64,000 nucleotides of DNA, taken from the NCBI GenBank assembly GCA_963849325.1, contig CAWKHF010000006.1:384001-448000 (forward strand). Reading direction: 5' to 3'. How positions within the stretch are numbered: the stretch's first letter is position 1; the number at the start of each line of letters is the position of its first letter. The notes under the pieces were generated by a model. It was not told where the DNA came from. It ran no database searches and saw only the letters and a list, made by a program, of their open reading frames with translations. The translations under genes and the position numbers were made by a program. The stretch is from an uncultured Planctomycetota bacterium (GTDB lineage Bacteria > Planctomycetota > Planctomycetia > Gemmatales > Gemmataceae). This document shows, piece by piece, positions 22,906 to 33,300 of this stretch.

Positions 22906-24000
22906 ATGCTAACTGCGGAGGGATGCCGGCAGCGCCGGCAGCGTCTCTGGGACCGTCTCGATCCGCCGCCCGACAGCGATCATCTGCGACTGAATGATCC
23001 TATCCACCTCGTCTACCTGGCCAACTTTTTCGTCGATCCATTTAGCCTCGGCGCCGGCTTCGGTGGTTATCTGCTGCTGCGCCAGGACGGCCAGGCCAAG
23101 CTGCTGCACGATGACCGCCTGCCCCAGTCGGTGAACCAGGCGCATGTCGAGGAGCGAATCGTTGTTCCCTGGTACAGCGGCCAGGCGCCCGCCCGAGGCC
23201 CGCGCCAGCTGGCCTTGTTGCAGACGGTCAACCCTTCGCACGGTGGGCTGCGCATCCACGACCGGCCCGGCGATCCCTATGCCGCCACTGTCATCCGCAC
23301 CCTCGCCGAGATGCGTCGGCAGAAAGACCCCGACGAGGTGGAGTTGCTGCGCCGCTGCATGAGGGCGGCCGAGGCCGGACAAGCCTGGGCGCGGGCGAAC
23401 GTCCGTCCCGGCATGACCGAGTTGGACGTGTATTGTGGCGTCAACACCGCCTGCATCCAGACCGCCGGCCAGGCGGTGATCGTCTACGGTGACTTCGCGG
23501 TGTCACCTGGACCCGAGCGCCGCGGCGGCCCGCCCACCGGCCGCGTGCTGGAGCCGGGCGACATGCTGATCCTCGATTACTCGGTGGTGATCGGCGGCTA
23601 CCGCAGCGACTTCACCAACACGCTCGTCGTCGGACGCGATCCCACGCCGGACCAGCGACGGCTCTACGATCTGTGCGTGCAGGCGATGGCGGCGGGCGAG
23701 AAGGAGTTACGGGCCGGTCAGGCGTGCCGGACAGTTTACGAGGCGGTGCGTGACGTGTTCGATCGCGCCGGCGTGGCGCAGCACTTCCCGCATCACGCTG
23801 GGCATGGCCTGGGCCTGACGCACCCGGAAGCACCCTACCTGGTCCGCGAGGCCGACGAAACGCTACGGGTCGGCGACGTGGTCACGCTGGAGCCGGGCCT
23901 GTACGTACACGGCATCGGCGGCATCCGCATCGAGCACAACTATCTCGTCACCGCGGGCGGCCACGAACGGCTGAGCCAGCACACGATCGCGTTGAAATAG
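22906..24000 (+). CDS. Xaa-Pro peptidase family (M24) protein
   Basis: GYRSDFTNT, HHAGHGLGL..PE, TLEPGLY, GIRIEHN. Confidence 0.92.
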   Translation: MLTAEGCRQRRQRLWDRLDPPPDSDHLRLNDPIHLVYLANFFVDPFSLGAGFGGYLLLRQDGQAKLLHDDRLPQSVNQAHVEERIVVPWYSGQAPARGPRQLALLQTVNPSHGGLRIHDRPGDPYAATVIRTLAEMRRQKDPDEVELLRRCMRAAEAGQAWARANVRPGMTELDVYCGVNTACIQTAGQAVIVYGDFAVSPGPERRGGPPTGRVLEPGDMLILDYSVVIGGYRSDFTNTLVVGRDPTPDQRRLYDLCVQAMAAGEKELRAGQACRTVYEAVRDVFDRAGVAQHFPHHAGHGLGLTHPEAPYLVREADETLRVGDVVTLEPGLYVHGIGGIRIEHNYLVTAGGHERLSQHTIALK

Positions 24001-24072
24001 GGAATAGGGAATAGGGAATAGGGAATAGGGAATAGAGAGAAGTTTCTTCCCTATTCCCTATTCCCTATTCCC
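23996..24072. repeat. Inverted heptamer tandem arrays (AATAGGG)5+ and (TTCCCTA)3+
   Basis: Read directly from the sequence; lies between convergent genes. Confidence 0.9.
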
Positions 24073-24082
24073 TTTTTGAGCC

Positions 24083-24811
24083 TCACGGCGGGGTCAGTTC
24101 CGGTCCACCGCTGTTTCCGCCGGGGGCGGGATAAGGATACGGCGCCTGGGGGGCCAGCGGCGGCTGCTGGATCGAGGGTCGCACCGGCACCGCCGGGAAC
24201 GGAGCGGGCGGACCTGGCTGATAGGCCGACGTGCTCCGTCCTCCGGGGACCGGCTGAGGAGCGAGGCGGCCGTTGTTGGCCGGCGGCAAGATCGTCGTGT
24301 GAATGACCGGCGGCGCGGCCGGGTCGTCGGCGAGCGGCGGCTCCTTGGTCTGCGGCAGCAAGTCGTCCTTGCGCGTGCTGTGGTAGCCGCTCCAGTGATA
24401 TTGCAGCAGCGAGCTGCGGGCCTGCAGACGCACGCGCATGGACGAGTCGTTGTTCAGCGCCTGCTCCAGGGCCATGCCGGCCTGCTGGGAGATCGGTCGC
24501 ATTTTGCCGAGACTCTGGGCCGCCTCCGCCCGCACCGCCGGCTTCTTGTCCGTCAGCAGCACCTCGACCAGCACCGGCACAATCAGGGGAAACTGATTCG
24601 GGTCGTACAGCCGCAACTCCTGGGCGGCGGCGGCGCGTTTGCTCTCGTCGCCGTCCGTCTTGACAATGGCGAGCAATTCCGGGACGCGGTCGTTGGGGGT
24701 GGGCTTCTTGCTCTTCCTGCCGAAGAAGACGCCGGCCGAGGACGAACCGGCCAGCAGGGGCAGCAGTATCAACGGAACCAGCCACAGGGCGAGAAGTCGA
24801 TAGCATCTCAT
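24083..24811 (-). CDS. Secreted HEAT-repeat protein with Pro-rich tail
   Basis: Signal peptide; D.DESKRAAAAQEL, DKKPAVRAEAAQSLG, DSSMRVR repeats. Confidence 0.8.
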   Translation of the reverse strand: MRCYRLLALWLVPLILLPLLAGSSSAGVFFGRKSKKPTPNDRVPELLAIVKTDGDESKRAAAAQELRLYDPNQFPLIVPVLVEVLLTDKKPAVRAEAAQSLGKMRPISQQAGMALEQALNNDSSMRVRLQARSSLLQYHWSGYHSTRKDDLLPQTKEPPLADDPAAPPVIHTTILPPANNGRLAPQPVPGGRSTSAYQPGPPAPFPAVPVRPSIQQPPLAPQAPYPYPAPGGNSGGPELTPP

Positions 24812-24832
24812 GGAGAGCCTCCCCTGCTCGGA

Positions 24833-24901
24833 ATCGTTCGTCCGGGCCGCTTGCGGCTTAGCGAGGCAATCGCTACGCCGCAAGCGGCCCGGACGAACGA
24901 T
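24833..24901. repeat. REP-like palindrome, family GCCGCTTGCGGCTTAGC
   Basis: Long hairpin; related copies at 27130-27170 and 47271-47310. Confidence 0.8.
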
Positions 24902-25064
24902 ACTCACGGTGAAAGCCTCTGGGGAGAGGCGGAATCTCGTCGCCTTCCTCGGATCGGCCGGGGGGACGAGGCGAAATGCGTGAAAGCAGCGAAATGGGCA
25001 GGCCGACCGCCGCCGCTTCGCCGCACGCCTGCTACAGATTGACACGAGAGGACGGCCGGGTCCG

Positions 25065-25877
25065 ATGGATCTGCTTGGGGGGACACTGCTTCTGAGTGGG
25101 GCTTATCCGTTGGCGCAGGCGTTGCGGGCCAACCGGCGCACGACCCTGCGTCAACCGCTCTGGTGGACGTTGGCTGCCTGGGCCGCCTGGACGGGCCTCG
25201 CCTGGAGTCGCGTTCCCGGTCTCGGACACGAGGAGCAGTTGGCCCCCTACGCGGCGTTGTGTCTGACCGGCTGCGCTGGCATCGCCGTCCTGGGGGCGCG
25301 ACGGCCGGGTGTGGCCGCCTGGAACTTCGTCGTCGTCGGACTGCTGGCCGTCCTTCTCTTGCCGGTGCTCAACGGGATGGGCGAGCTACGGCTGGAGACG
25401 GCCCAGGTGCTGTTCCTGGGCGCAACGCTGGCCGTGCCTCTGCTGAATTATTTGCCCACCCGACTGGGACCGGCCGTCATCCTGGTGGCGGTCGGCTGCG
25501 GGATGGAGTTGGCCCGGCTGATCGGGGCGACCTTGCCGGCGGGGCTGGGGTCCGTGGGCCTTGCGCTTCTGGGGTTGGCGCCGTGGATCGCGTGGGCCGG
25601 CCTGCGCCGTCGAGTCGCCTCCGCCACGGCGTTCGATCGTTTGTGGCTGGCGTATCGCGATCGGTTCGGCTTCGTCTGGGGACAGCGGATGCGCGAGCAG
25701 TTCAATCGGGCGGCGGCTCACGCGGGCTGGCCGGTCGTTCTGCGCTGGCACGGTTTGCACGTCGTCGCGGCCGATGCCGCGCTCGACCCGGCGGCGCTGT
25801 TGGCCACCCTGCGAGCCGTCCTCAAGCGCTTTGCTTCGGAGGACGAACCCGGAAAGCCATCCGAGAAGGAGGATTAA
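25065..25877 (+). CDS. Hypothetical membrane protein
   Basis: About seven TM segments; LGARRPG..AWNFVV and RDRFGFVWGQR motifs. Confidence 0.75.
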   Translation: MDLLGGTLLLSGAYPLAQALRANRRTTLRQPLWWTLAAWAAWTGLAWSRVPGLGHEEQLAPYAALCLTGCAGIAVLGARRPGVAAWNFVVVGLLAVLLLPVLNGMGELRLETAQVLFLGATLAVPLLNYLPTRLGPAVILVAVGCGMELARLIGATLPAGLGSVGLALLGLAPWIAWAGLRRRVASATAFDRLWLAYRDRFGFVWGQRMREQFNRAAAHAGWPVVLRWHGLHVVAADAALDPAALLATLRAVLKRFASEDEPGKPSEKED

Positions 25878-26200
25878 TACCCGCGTCCACCCATGCCGCC
25901 GCCGCCCATGCCGCCGCCGCCCATGCCACCACCCATGCCGCCCCGGCCGCCCATGCCACTCATGGCGTTCATGGCGCTCATGTTCGGCGGTCCACCGCCC
26001 TTCGATTGGGAGGGACCATCCTGGTTGAGGGTGCCATCGGGATACTTGGGTGGGCTGCTGAACTTCGCCTCGGCCAGCGGAGGCAAGGTGAGTTCTTCGG
26101 GATGCTTGGGCGGTCTCGGGGTAATGTTCGGAGCGGCGCAGCCGGCCACGCTGAGCGCGGCGGTCAGCATCCAACCAAGCCCCTCCCACACCCTGCGCAT
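25874..26200 (-). CDS. Small lipoprotein with Gly/Met-rich tail
   Basis: Lipobox-like VAGC; GGMGG repeats; GAGAGG RBS. Confidence 0.65.
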   Translation of the reverse strand: MRRVWEGLGWMLTAALSVAGCAAPNITPRPPKHPEELTLPPLAEAKFSSPPKYPDGTLNQDGPSQSKGGGPPNMSAMNAMSGMGGRGGMGGGMGGGGMGGGGMGGRGY

Positions 26201-26298
26201 GGACCTCTCCCGCCCTGGTGAGGTGAACGAAGCGCTTCCTCTCCTCGGAACCGGGCGGACTATAACTTGCGTGAAATTGGGGTCAAGGTCGAAGTCCC

Positions 26299-26387
26299 AA
26301 GTTCTGAGTTCTGAGTTCTGAGTTCTGAGCGAAGAACAATCCACTTGCTTTTTTCACTCAGAACTCAGAACTCAGAACTCAGAACTT
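26299..26387. repeat. Inverted heptamer tandem arrays (AGTTCTG)4 and (CTCAGAA)4
   Basis: Read directly from the sequence; immediately downstream of sod. Confidence 0.9.
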
Positions 26388-26388
26388 C

Positions 26389-27006
26389 TTATTTGCCGCT
26401 TTGCGCCGCGGCGAAGCGTTTGCCGACTTCGTTCCAATTGACGACCTTCCACCATGCCTCCAGATAGTCGGCGCGGCGGTTCTGATACCGCAGATAGTAA
26501 GCGTGCTCCCACACGTCCACGCCCAGCAGCGGCGTCTGGCCGTTCATGTGCGGGCTGTCCTGGTTGGCGGTGCTGACGATTTGCAGTTTGCCGTTGTGCA
26601 GGACCAGCCAGGCCCAGCCGCTGCCGAAACGGCCCAGTCCCGCTTCCTTGATCTTGCCCTTGAAAGCGGCGACGTCGTTGAAGGTGGATTTGATCGCCTC
26701 GGCCAGCGGTCCCGACGGTTCGCCGCCGCCTTTCGGTCCCATGATCTCCCAGAACAGGCTGTGGTTGGCGTGTCCGCCGCCGTTGTTGATGACCTTTTGC
26801 CGGATGCCTTCCGGCACGCCGGCGATGTCGCGCAGCAACTGCTCGATCGGCTTGGACTGCAAGGCCGGCTGTCCCTCCAGGGCGGCGTTGAGGTTGTCCA
26901 CGTAGGCCTTGTGGTGCTTGCCGTGGTGGATCTCCATCGTGGTCTTGTCGATGGCGGCCTCAAGGGCGTCGGCGGGGTAAGGCAGGGCGGGCAAGGTGAA
27001 GGCCAT
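26389..27006 (-). CDS. sodA: Fe/Mn superoxide dismutase (Mn-type signatures)
   Basis: [30 protein letters not shown]. Confidence 0.93.
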   Translation of the reverse strand: MAFTLPALPYPADALEAAIDKTTMEIHHGKHHKAYVDNLNAALEGQPALQSKPIEQLLRDIAGVPEGIRQKVINNGGGHANHSLFWEIMGPKGGGEPSGPLAEAIKSTFNDVAAFKGKIKEAGLGRFGSGWAWLVLHNGKLQIVSTANQDSPHMNGQTPLLGVDVWEHAYYLRYQNRRADYLEAWWKVVNWNEVGKRFAAAQSGK

Positions 27007-27129
27007 CGCTGTATCCTCCTCGGGTGTTTCAATCCTCGCTCGGCCTTCGGGCCGGGCGCAACGGCTTCCCTGCTAGATACTGTATCCTCCCTTGCGCGGA
27101 CGGCAACGGCGCCGGCCCGTAAACGAAAC

Positions 27130-27170
27130 GCCGCTTGCGGCTTGGCGGGGTGCGCCAGGCCACAAGCGGC
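27130..27170. repeat. REP-like palindrome, family GCCGCTTGCGGCTT
   Basis: GCCGCTTGCGGCTTGGCG...CGCCAGGCCACAAGCGGC. Confidence 0.7.
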
Positions 27171-27188
27171 TTGGGGAATCGCATCGGC

Positions 27189-28078
27189 TCACGGTTGGGC
27201 TATCGGGTAACTGCGATTGTAGGCCCAGAACTCCTGCCACACGGCGTCATCGTTCAATCCCAGAGGGTTACTGCTGGGGAGGTAGCCGTAAGTATACAGG
27301 CTGACGGAACCGTCCGCCCACAGTACCGGCGACGAGCCGGGATGAGGACCGCCAAAATGGTTCTCGTCCACGCCGTTGCTATCCGGGAAAAAGCCGCGTC
27401 CGGCGTTGGCGCCGCCGGCCCCATTATCGCACCAGCGCATGTGGTCGTAGCCGGTCTGAGCCTTGGCCCAGTCCCAGTAGCCCCGATCCTTGTTGCTGCC
27501 GCCATTGTAGTTCTGCGGCTGCAAGATTTTATGGGCCGCCAGGAGAGTGCCGGAGGCGCCGCGCCGCCGGTCACCACGGCCAGGGTGGTTCCCTGCGAGT
27601 TCAGGATGGATCGATTGCCGCCCGCGTTCAGGGCGGGATAACTGGTGGCAGACGCTTCGTTGATCCCTCCGGTGTATGCCCCCGCATAGTCAATCCTGGC
27701 TCCGACGGCAGTCGTGCGGCGGCTGGGGCAGATGTAGGGCTTGATCGCCACGGCCTTGGTCGAAGCGTTAGCCTGCCCCGCGGCGATGAGGTTGTTATAC
27801 AGGGCCGACTGCTCCATGAAGGGCAAAATCAGGATCGGCCAGGTGGGATAAGTGCCGTCCTCGAAAGGAAATTGCTGATACGTGTCATGGTAGTTGTGCA
27901 GGGCCAGGCCGATCTGCTTGAGATTGTTGACGCACTGGCTGCGTGCGGCGGCCTCGCGCACCTTCTGCACGGCCGGCAAGAGCAGCCCGATCAGGATGGC
28001 AATGATGGCGATGACTACCAGCAGCTCAATCAGCGTGAACGCCCAGCGCCGCCGGACTTGGGGAGGATCGTGGACCAT
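27189..28078 (-). CDS. DUF1559 prepilin-type protein (frameshifted)
   Basis: [45 protein letters not shown]...ADGSV. Confidence 0.9.
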
Positions 28079-28124
28079 GGACGGGCTCCTTGGACAAAGA
28101 GAAAAAGAATAGGGAAGAGAAACC

Positions 28125-28532
28125 TTATGGACTTTTCAGTTCGAAATTCGCCGCCTCGGTGCCCTCCGGGGGGACCGTGAAGTTCAATTTGCTCTCCCGG
28201 TTGTACTGGGGCGGAACGAGTTCACGCAGGCTTTCCCCGCGCTCGATCCGGGAGATCTGGACGCGGTACGGGCCGGGGGCGGCGCCGTCGCGGTCGGCGA
28301 TGAGGGTCTTGAGAGAATAGCGGCCGTCGTCATTGGTGTTGCCCGACGCTTCCTTGTTCGGATCGAGGTTACCGTCCGCGCCGACGGACAGAAAGATCAC
28401 GCGGGCGTTGGCCAGAGGGCGGTTGTCCAGGGTGACGCGGCCGGACACCTTCACGGATTGTGGGCCTTTGCTGCCGCAGCCCAGAGGCAGCAAGGCGACC
28501 ATCGAGAGAACCAAAAGGAGCAAAGGACGCAT
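28125..28532 (-). CDS. Carboxypeptidase-regulatory-like lipoprotein, a typical DUF1559 neighbour
   Basis: LGCG lipobox, [26 protein letters not shown]. Confidence 0.85.
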   Translation of the reverse strand: MRPLLLLVLSMVALLPLGCGSKGPQSVKVSGRVTLDNRPLANARVIFLSVGADGNLDPNKEASGNTNDDGRYSLKTLIADRDGAAPGPYRVQISRIERGESLRELVPPQYNRESKLNFTVPPEGTEAANFELKSP

Positions 28533-28587
28533 CGGCCAATTCTCATCTAAGTTAACGATAGTTTAATCCGGAAGGGACAATGTTCTC

Positions 28588-28615
28588 ATGGTACAACAAG
28601 GGAAAAGCCTGTCAA
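28588..28615 (-). promoter_or_regulatory. Putative sigma70 promoter
   Basis: TTGACA-16 bp-TACCAT upstream of the lipoprotein/DUF1559 pair. Confidence 0.55.
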
Positions 28616-28699
28616 CGAGAAAGCGGAAGAACGAAGGACTTTAATCTTTTCTCATACTGAGCGGACCTCCGCCTCCAACGGGCTGGCTCATCTTCGCGG

Positions 28700-29599
28700 T
28701 CAAACAATCATCTCGCCCTCTTGTTCGGTGCGCTGACGAAACAACTCCAGGAGACGACGTGTCATTGGCCCGGCCGCGCCCGCGCCGATGTTACGGCTGT
28801 CCACTCGGACGACCGCCGCCAGTTCGCCCATCGTGCCCGTGCAGAACATCTCGTCGGCACGGTAAACCTCGGTGAGCGACAGGTCCTTCTCCTCATACGG
28901 TATGCCGGCGCCGCGGCAGATCTCCAGCACCGTGGCCCGCGTGATGCCTTCGGGGCACGCCAGGGCGCGGCTTGTGAGGACAACGTCCTGGTAGACGAGG
29001 AAAACGTGCGTGGCATTCGTTTCGGCGACGAAGCCGCGCAGGTCGAGCATGAGTGCGTCGTCGGCGCCGGCGGCGTTGGCCTCGATCTTGGCCAGGATGG
29101 ACGGGAGGAGGTTGCAGTGATGGATTTTCGGGTCCAGGCAGTCCGGCGGCGGCCGGCGGACGCTGCTGGTGATGAGCGTGACGCTGCCCTTGTCGTAGAC
29201 CGGCGGCTTGTGCTCGGCCAGGACGATGAGCGTCGGCCCCGTCTGGTTCAGGCGCGGGTCCATGCCGGAGGTGATCTTGACGCCGCGCGTCAGCGTCAGG
29301 CGGATGTGAACGCCGTCGCGCATGGCGTTGGCCGCCAGCGTCCGCCGGAGCTGCTCGACGATCTCGTCGTGGCTGGGGATGGACGCGAAGGCGAGGGCGA
29401 GGGCCGAACTGCGCAGGCGGTCGAGGTGCTCGCGCAGCTTGAAAATGCGGCCGTTGTACAGGCGCAGTCCCTCCCAGACCGCATCGCCGCCCTGTACCGC
29501 GGAATCGAAGGGACTGACGCCGGCCTGGTCGCGGTGGACCAGCCGGCCGTTGATGTTAACGATGAGATCGCGGTTCTTGTCGTTGAACGTTTGCAGCAT
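28700..29599 (-). CDS. Class IV PLP aminotransferase (IlvE/BCAT-like)
   Basis: GGDAVWEGLR, KIHHCNLL, AETNATHVF, PEGITR, GTMGEL. Confidence 0.9.
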   Translation of the reverse strand: MLQTFNDKNRDLIVNINGRLVHRDQAGVSPFDSAVQGGDAVWEGLRLYNGRIFKLREHLDRLRSSALALAFASIPSHDEIVEQLRRTLAANAMRDGVHIRLTLTRGVKITSGMDPRLNQTGPTLIVLAEHKPPVYDKGSVTLITSSVRRPPPDCLDPKIHHCNLLPSILAKIEANAAGADDALMLDLRGFVAETNATHVFLVYQDVVLTSRALACPEGITRATVLEICRGAGIPYEEKDLSLTEVYRADEMFCTGTMGELAAVVRVDSRNIGAGAAGPMTRRLLELFRQRTEQEGEMIV

Positions 29600-29614
29600 G
29601 GGGAGGTCTCGCCA

Positions 29615-30352
29615 TCACGACCGCAGCCGTTGCCGATAGAGCTGCTGATAGAGTTCTTCGCATTGTTCGTGCAGACTGCGCAGCGAGTCCGGAATGGGAT
29701 CGGACTTGGGTGTATACGGCTGAAACGTGGTCGTTTTCTCGACGGCGGCATACCAGTATTTCGCCCAGACGCCATCGGTCGGCCGCCGGCCCGGCGGCCA
29801 GGACAGCATCGTCTCGGTGAACGGAACATTCAGCGCGTCACAGAGCAGGCCGAGGATGCGACGAGGATTGTCGAGCACGTCGCGCGCGTCGAGGACTGGT
29901 GGTGTTCGTCCGCTGCGCGTCTGCACTTGCCGGAAGATTTCGAGCTGCTGCGGCAGTCCGGTGTCGGCGAGAGTGGGTCGCGGAAGGAAGTGCAACAGCA
30001 ACGTCAGCATCTCGCGCGGCTGGCGGATCAGGAAGCAATTCGTCACCCGATCGAGCCAGCCGCGTTCCATGTCCGGCAACAGATGATGGGCCATGTGCTT
30101 TTGATAGAAGATCGTCTGGCCTTCGGGGACCGGCCCGATCAGCCAGGCGACGACTTTGCGCCAGTCGTTCTCCTGATGGCGGATGACCTCGTCGGCACCA
30201 GGGTGAGCAATCCTCGTTTGCACGAGATAATGGGCGTAGAACGGCTCGTCGCAGACAACGGTGTCGGGCCGATTGCCCCACGAGCGCATGAGCGCCGTGG
30301 AGATGTTGCGCGGCCCCGACCACATGGCGATGCGTAAGGACGTTTGGCTCAT
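29615..30352 (-). CDS. Sulfotransferase-like P-loop protein (BCAT-associated family)
   Basis: RIAMWSGPRNISTALMRSW, DEPFY, QKHMAHH, MLSWP.G...DGVWAKYWY. Confidence 0.85.
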   Translation of the reverse strand: MSQTSLRIAMWSGPRNISTALMRSWGNRPDTVVCDEPFYAHYLVQTRIAHPGADEVIRHQENDWRKVVAWLIGPVPEGQTIFYQKHMAHHLLPDMERGWLDRVTNCFLIRQPREMLTLLLHFLPRPTLADTGLPQQLEIFRQVQTRSGRTPPVLDARDVLDNPRRILGLLCDALNVPFTETMLSWPPGRRPTDGVWAKYWYAAVEKTTTFQPYTPKSDPIPDSLRSLHEQCEELYQQLYRQRLRS

Positions 30353-30392
30353 GCTGTCCTCGGACGGGGCACGAACCGCACCGGAGTTCGGC

Positions 30393-33300
30393 TCACCGTG
30401 TTTCGACCGTCACGGCCATGACGATGGGGGCGGTACGGTCGCTTCCCTTGAGCAACTCAATCTCCTTGATCGTCTCCGCGCGCTCGGGGGTGATGGCGAA
30501 ATAGCGAACCTGTCGTCCGCGCAGGTCGAAGGCGAACTGCGAACCGGGCACGTCCACGCGGCGGATGTAGTCGGCGAAGTGTTCGCCGTTCTTCAAGGCG
30601 TGGTCCTCCGTCTGGCCGTCGGCGTAGTGCAGGCGCACGATCATCGATACGGAGCCTTTCGCGCCACCGGGGTAGCCCCAGCCACTGACGCCGCCGAGGA
30701 AGTGGATCGCCCGCGCCGCCGTGTTGCACGGCAGTGTCACCGACTTCGGCATCTTCGGCGGAAACGTGCCATTGCTACTGTTCAGCAGGATGACGTTCTT
30801 GACGCGGCCCTTCTGCGGATCGACCATCTGAAACGGCACGCCGTTGAACGTCTTGGGCTTCCAATCGGGGAAGCTCAGGCGTTCGGCGCCGGCGTCCTTG
30901 CTGTAGAACATGCCCTGCGTGCTGACGATGGTGGCGGCCTTGTCCAGCGGGATCAGCACGAATTTGCCCTTGGCCGTCAGGAACTCCAGCACGTTGACGA
31001 TGTCGTCCTTGCTCAGCTGCTTCTCGAAACCTTCCGGCATGATGGTGCGGTTGGAGGCGATCATTTCCTCGATGTCCTCGCGGAGGATGACGCTCCGTTT
31101 CGCCTCAGCGTCCACCACTTCGATCGCCGTCTTCGTTTCGGAGGCCAAAAGTCCGTTATAGACTCGCCCCGCCTTCGTGGTCACGGTGTACTGGCGATAA
31201 TTGCCCTCGACGGAGCGATTGGGATCGAGCATCTTTTGCAGAATTTTGCTCTTGGGGTGGACGTTGAAGCCGGTCAGGTTCGGGGCGATGGTCTCGCCGG
31301 TGTCGCCGTGACGGTGGCACTTGGCGCAGATGTTCTTGAAGACCTCGAAGCCCTTGTGTGGATCGCCGGTCTTCTCGACGAGCGGCAGGTATTCGTCGAG
31401 GACTTTCTGCCGATCGGGGCTGGGCAGCCGGCCGCCGCGAGCGAGGATAGCGCGAGCACGGTCGGCGATCTTCTTATCGGGGTGGTTGGTCAACTGCTGC
31501 GATTGATCGAGGCTCAGGTCGGTCGCCGAAACGGTCCCCTTGTCGAGAGCATCGAGCAGAACATTGGACCATTCGGGGCGGCGCAGCAGGATGGCAGCGG
31601 CCTGCTGGCGCAGGCGCGGCGTCAGTTGGTTCCAATAGGCAACGAGGACGGCGGCCAGCTCGGGAGTCGTCGCCTGCCCGGCGGCGTCGAGAATGCCGGA
31701 CGAGAGGGTCGGACTCGCCTTGGGCGATGCCTCGGCGAGCAGACTTTCGAGCACGGTACGGTCGGGCTGCATCTGGGCGAGGCGCTGGGCGGCCTCGATG
31801 CGTTCCTTGTCGGACTTTTTCTCGTCGGCGACGAGGGCAAGGAGCGATTTGCGCAGCCCAGCCATCGCCTTCTCGAAGCGCGGGGCCAGCCCCCAGCGGC
31901 CGGCCAGCGCGGCCAGATTTAACTGGCCATTGGGGCCAAGTCGCCCCATCAGAGCGACGAGATCGTCGCGCGCGTGCGCTCGTCGAGTTTCGGCGTGTTG
32001 CCCTTGGGCCAGCCAGCGGCCAGTCCTTCGAGCAACACGTCGGCATCGGCGGAATCGGCGTCCTTCAACTGGGCCAGCAACTCGGCAACGGAGCCGGAAG
32101 CGTCGCCGCGGGCGTAGTGTTCGGCGACGATGCGAACCATGTGGCGAACGGTGTCGCTGTTCTTTTTCGCCGCGAGGGTCGCGGCGAGGAAGCCGATGTC
32201 GTGGCGGGCCGCGGCGCTGGTGGCGGCCAGCGGAATCCAGCGATCCTTTTCGTTCTCGGGAACCAGCAGCAACGCATGAATGGCCGTCCCGGCGTCTCGG
32301 GAGGAGGGCATTTCGCTGAGGGCCAGAAGCGCGGCACGACGGACGAGCGGTTCGCGGTCCTGGAGCAGATCGGCCCGGAGGATCGCCCCGACGGACTCCG
32401 CCGAGCGCGGCAGGAAGCCGCACGCTGCACGCCGAACCCCGGCCGAGGCGTGTTTCAGGTCTTTGTGGAGTAAGGCCGTCGTTTCCGCCGTGGGTTTGAC
32501 GAAGGCGCCCAGGCCGCTCAAGGCTCCAAGGGCATGGATGGCCGGCAGGTTCTCGCCGGTCGCATCGGTTTCGGGGTTGCCGGCCAATTCCGCCAGCGCC
32601 GGCAACACATCCGATTTCCCGCGATCGACCAGCAGGCGTTGGGCCGTCACGCGCCAGAACATATTGTCCTGCTTGAGAGCGGCGACGAGCTGCGCCGGTG
32701 TGGTGCTATCAAGGTTGAGGAGGGCGGGCGTCTTCGCGCTCTCATTGATGATGCGGTAAATGCGGCCGTGTTTCTTGTCGCGCAGCGGCGTGACGTAGGC
32801 GGCGCCCTTGCCGGTCTCGAAACCGGGCGGCGTCGGGTTGTGCTGGACGATGTAGTTGTACCAGTCGAGCACCCAGACCGCGCCGTCCGGCCCAACCTCG
32901 GCGGCGATGGGGGCCGTCCATTCGTCGCTGCTGGACAGCAGATTGAAACGGTCGTGCGTGACGAAATTGCTGCCCTGCTTGTCGAGCAGGCACATGGCGA
33001 CGAGGTGGCCGGTCGGCTCGGCCACGAGGGCGATGCGATTCCAGTAGGGCGAGGGAAACTGGCGAGCGGTGTAGACGGCGTGACCGGCGGCGGCGGTGAA
33101 GCCGTCATGGAAGTCTACTTGACGGATCGCCGTAATCGGATGATAGCGCCAGTAGTCGGCCATGCGCACCGTGCCCTTGCCGAGCCAGCCGCGCACCGAC
33201 TCGAAGTAGCGGTTCGGGATCGCCAAGTAGGAGGAGTGTTCGCCGTTGGCCGTCGAGTAGAAGATTTCGCCCGTCTCGCCCAGTCCCAGTCCCCAGGTGT

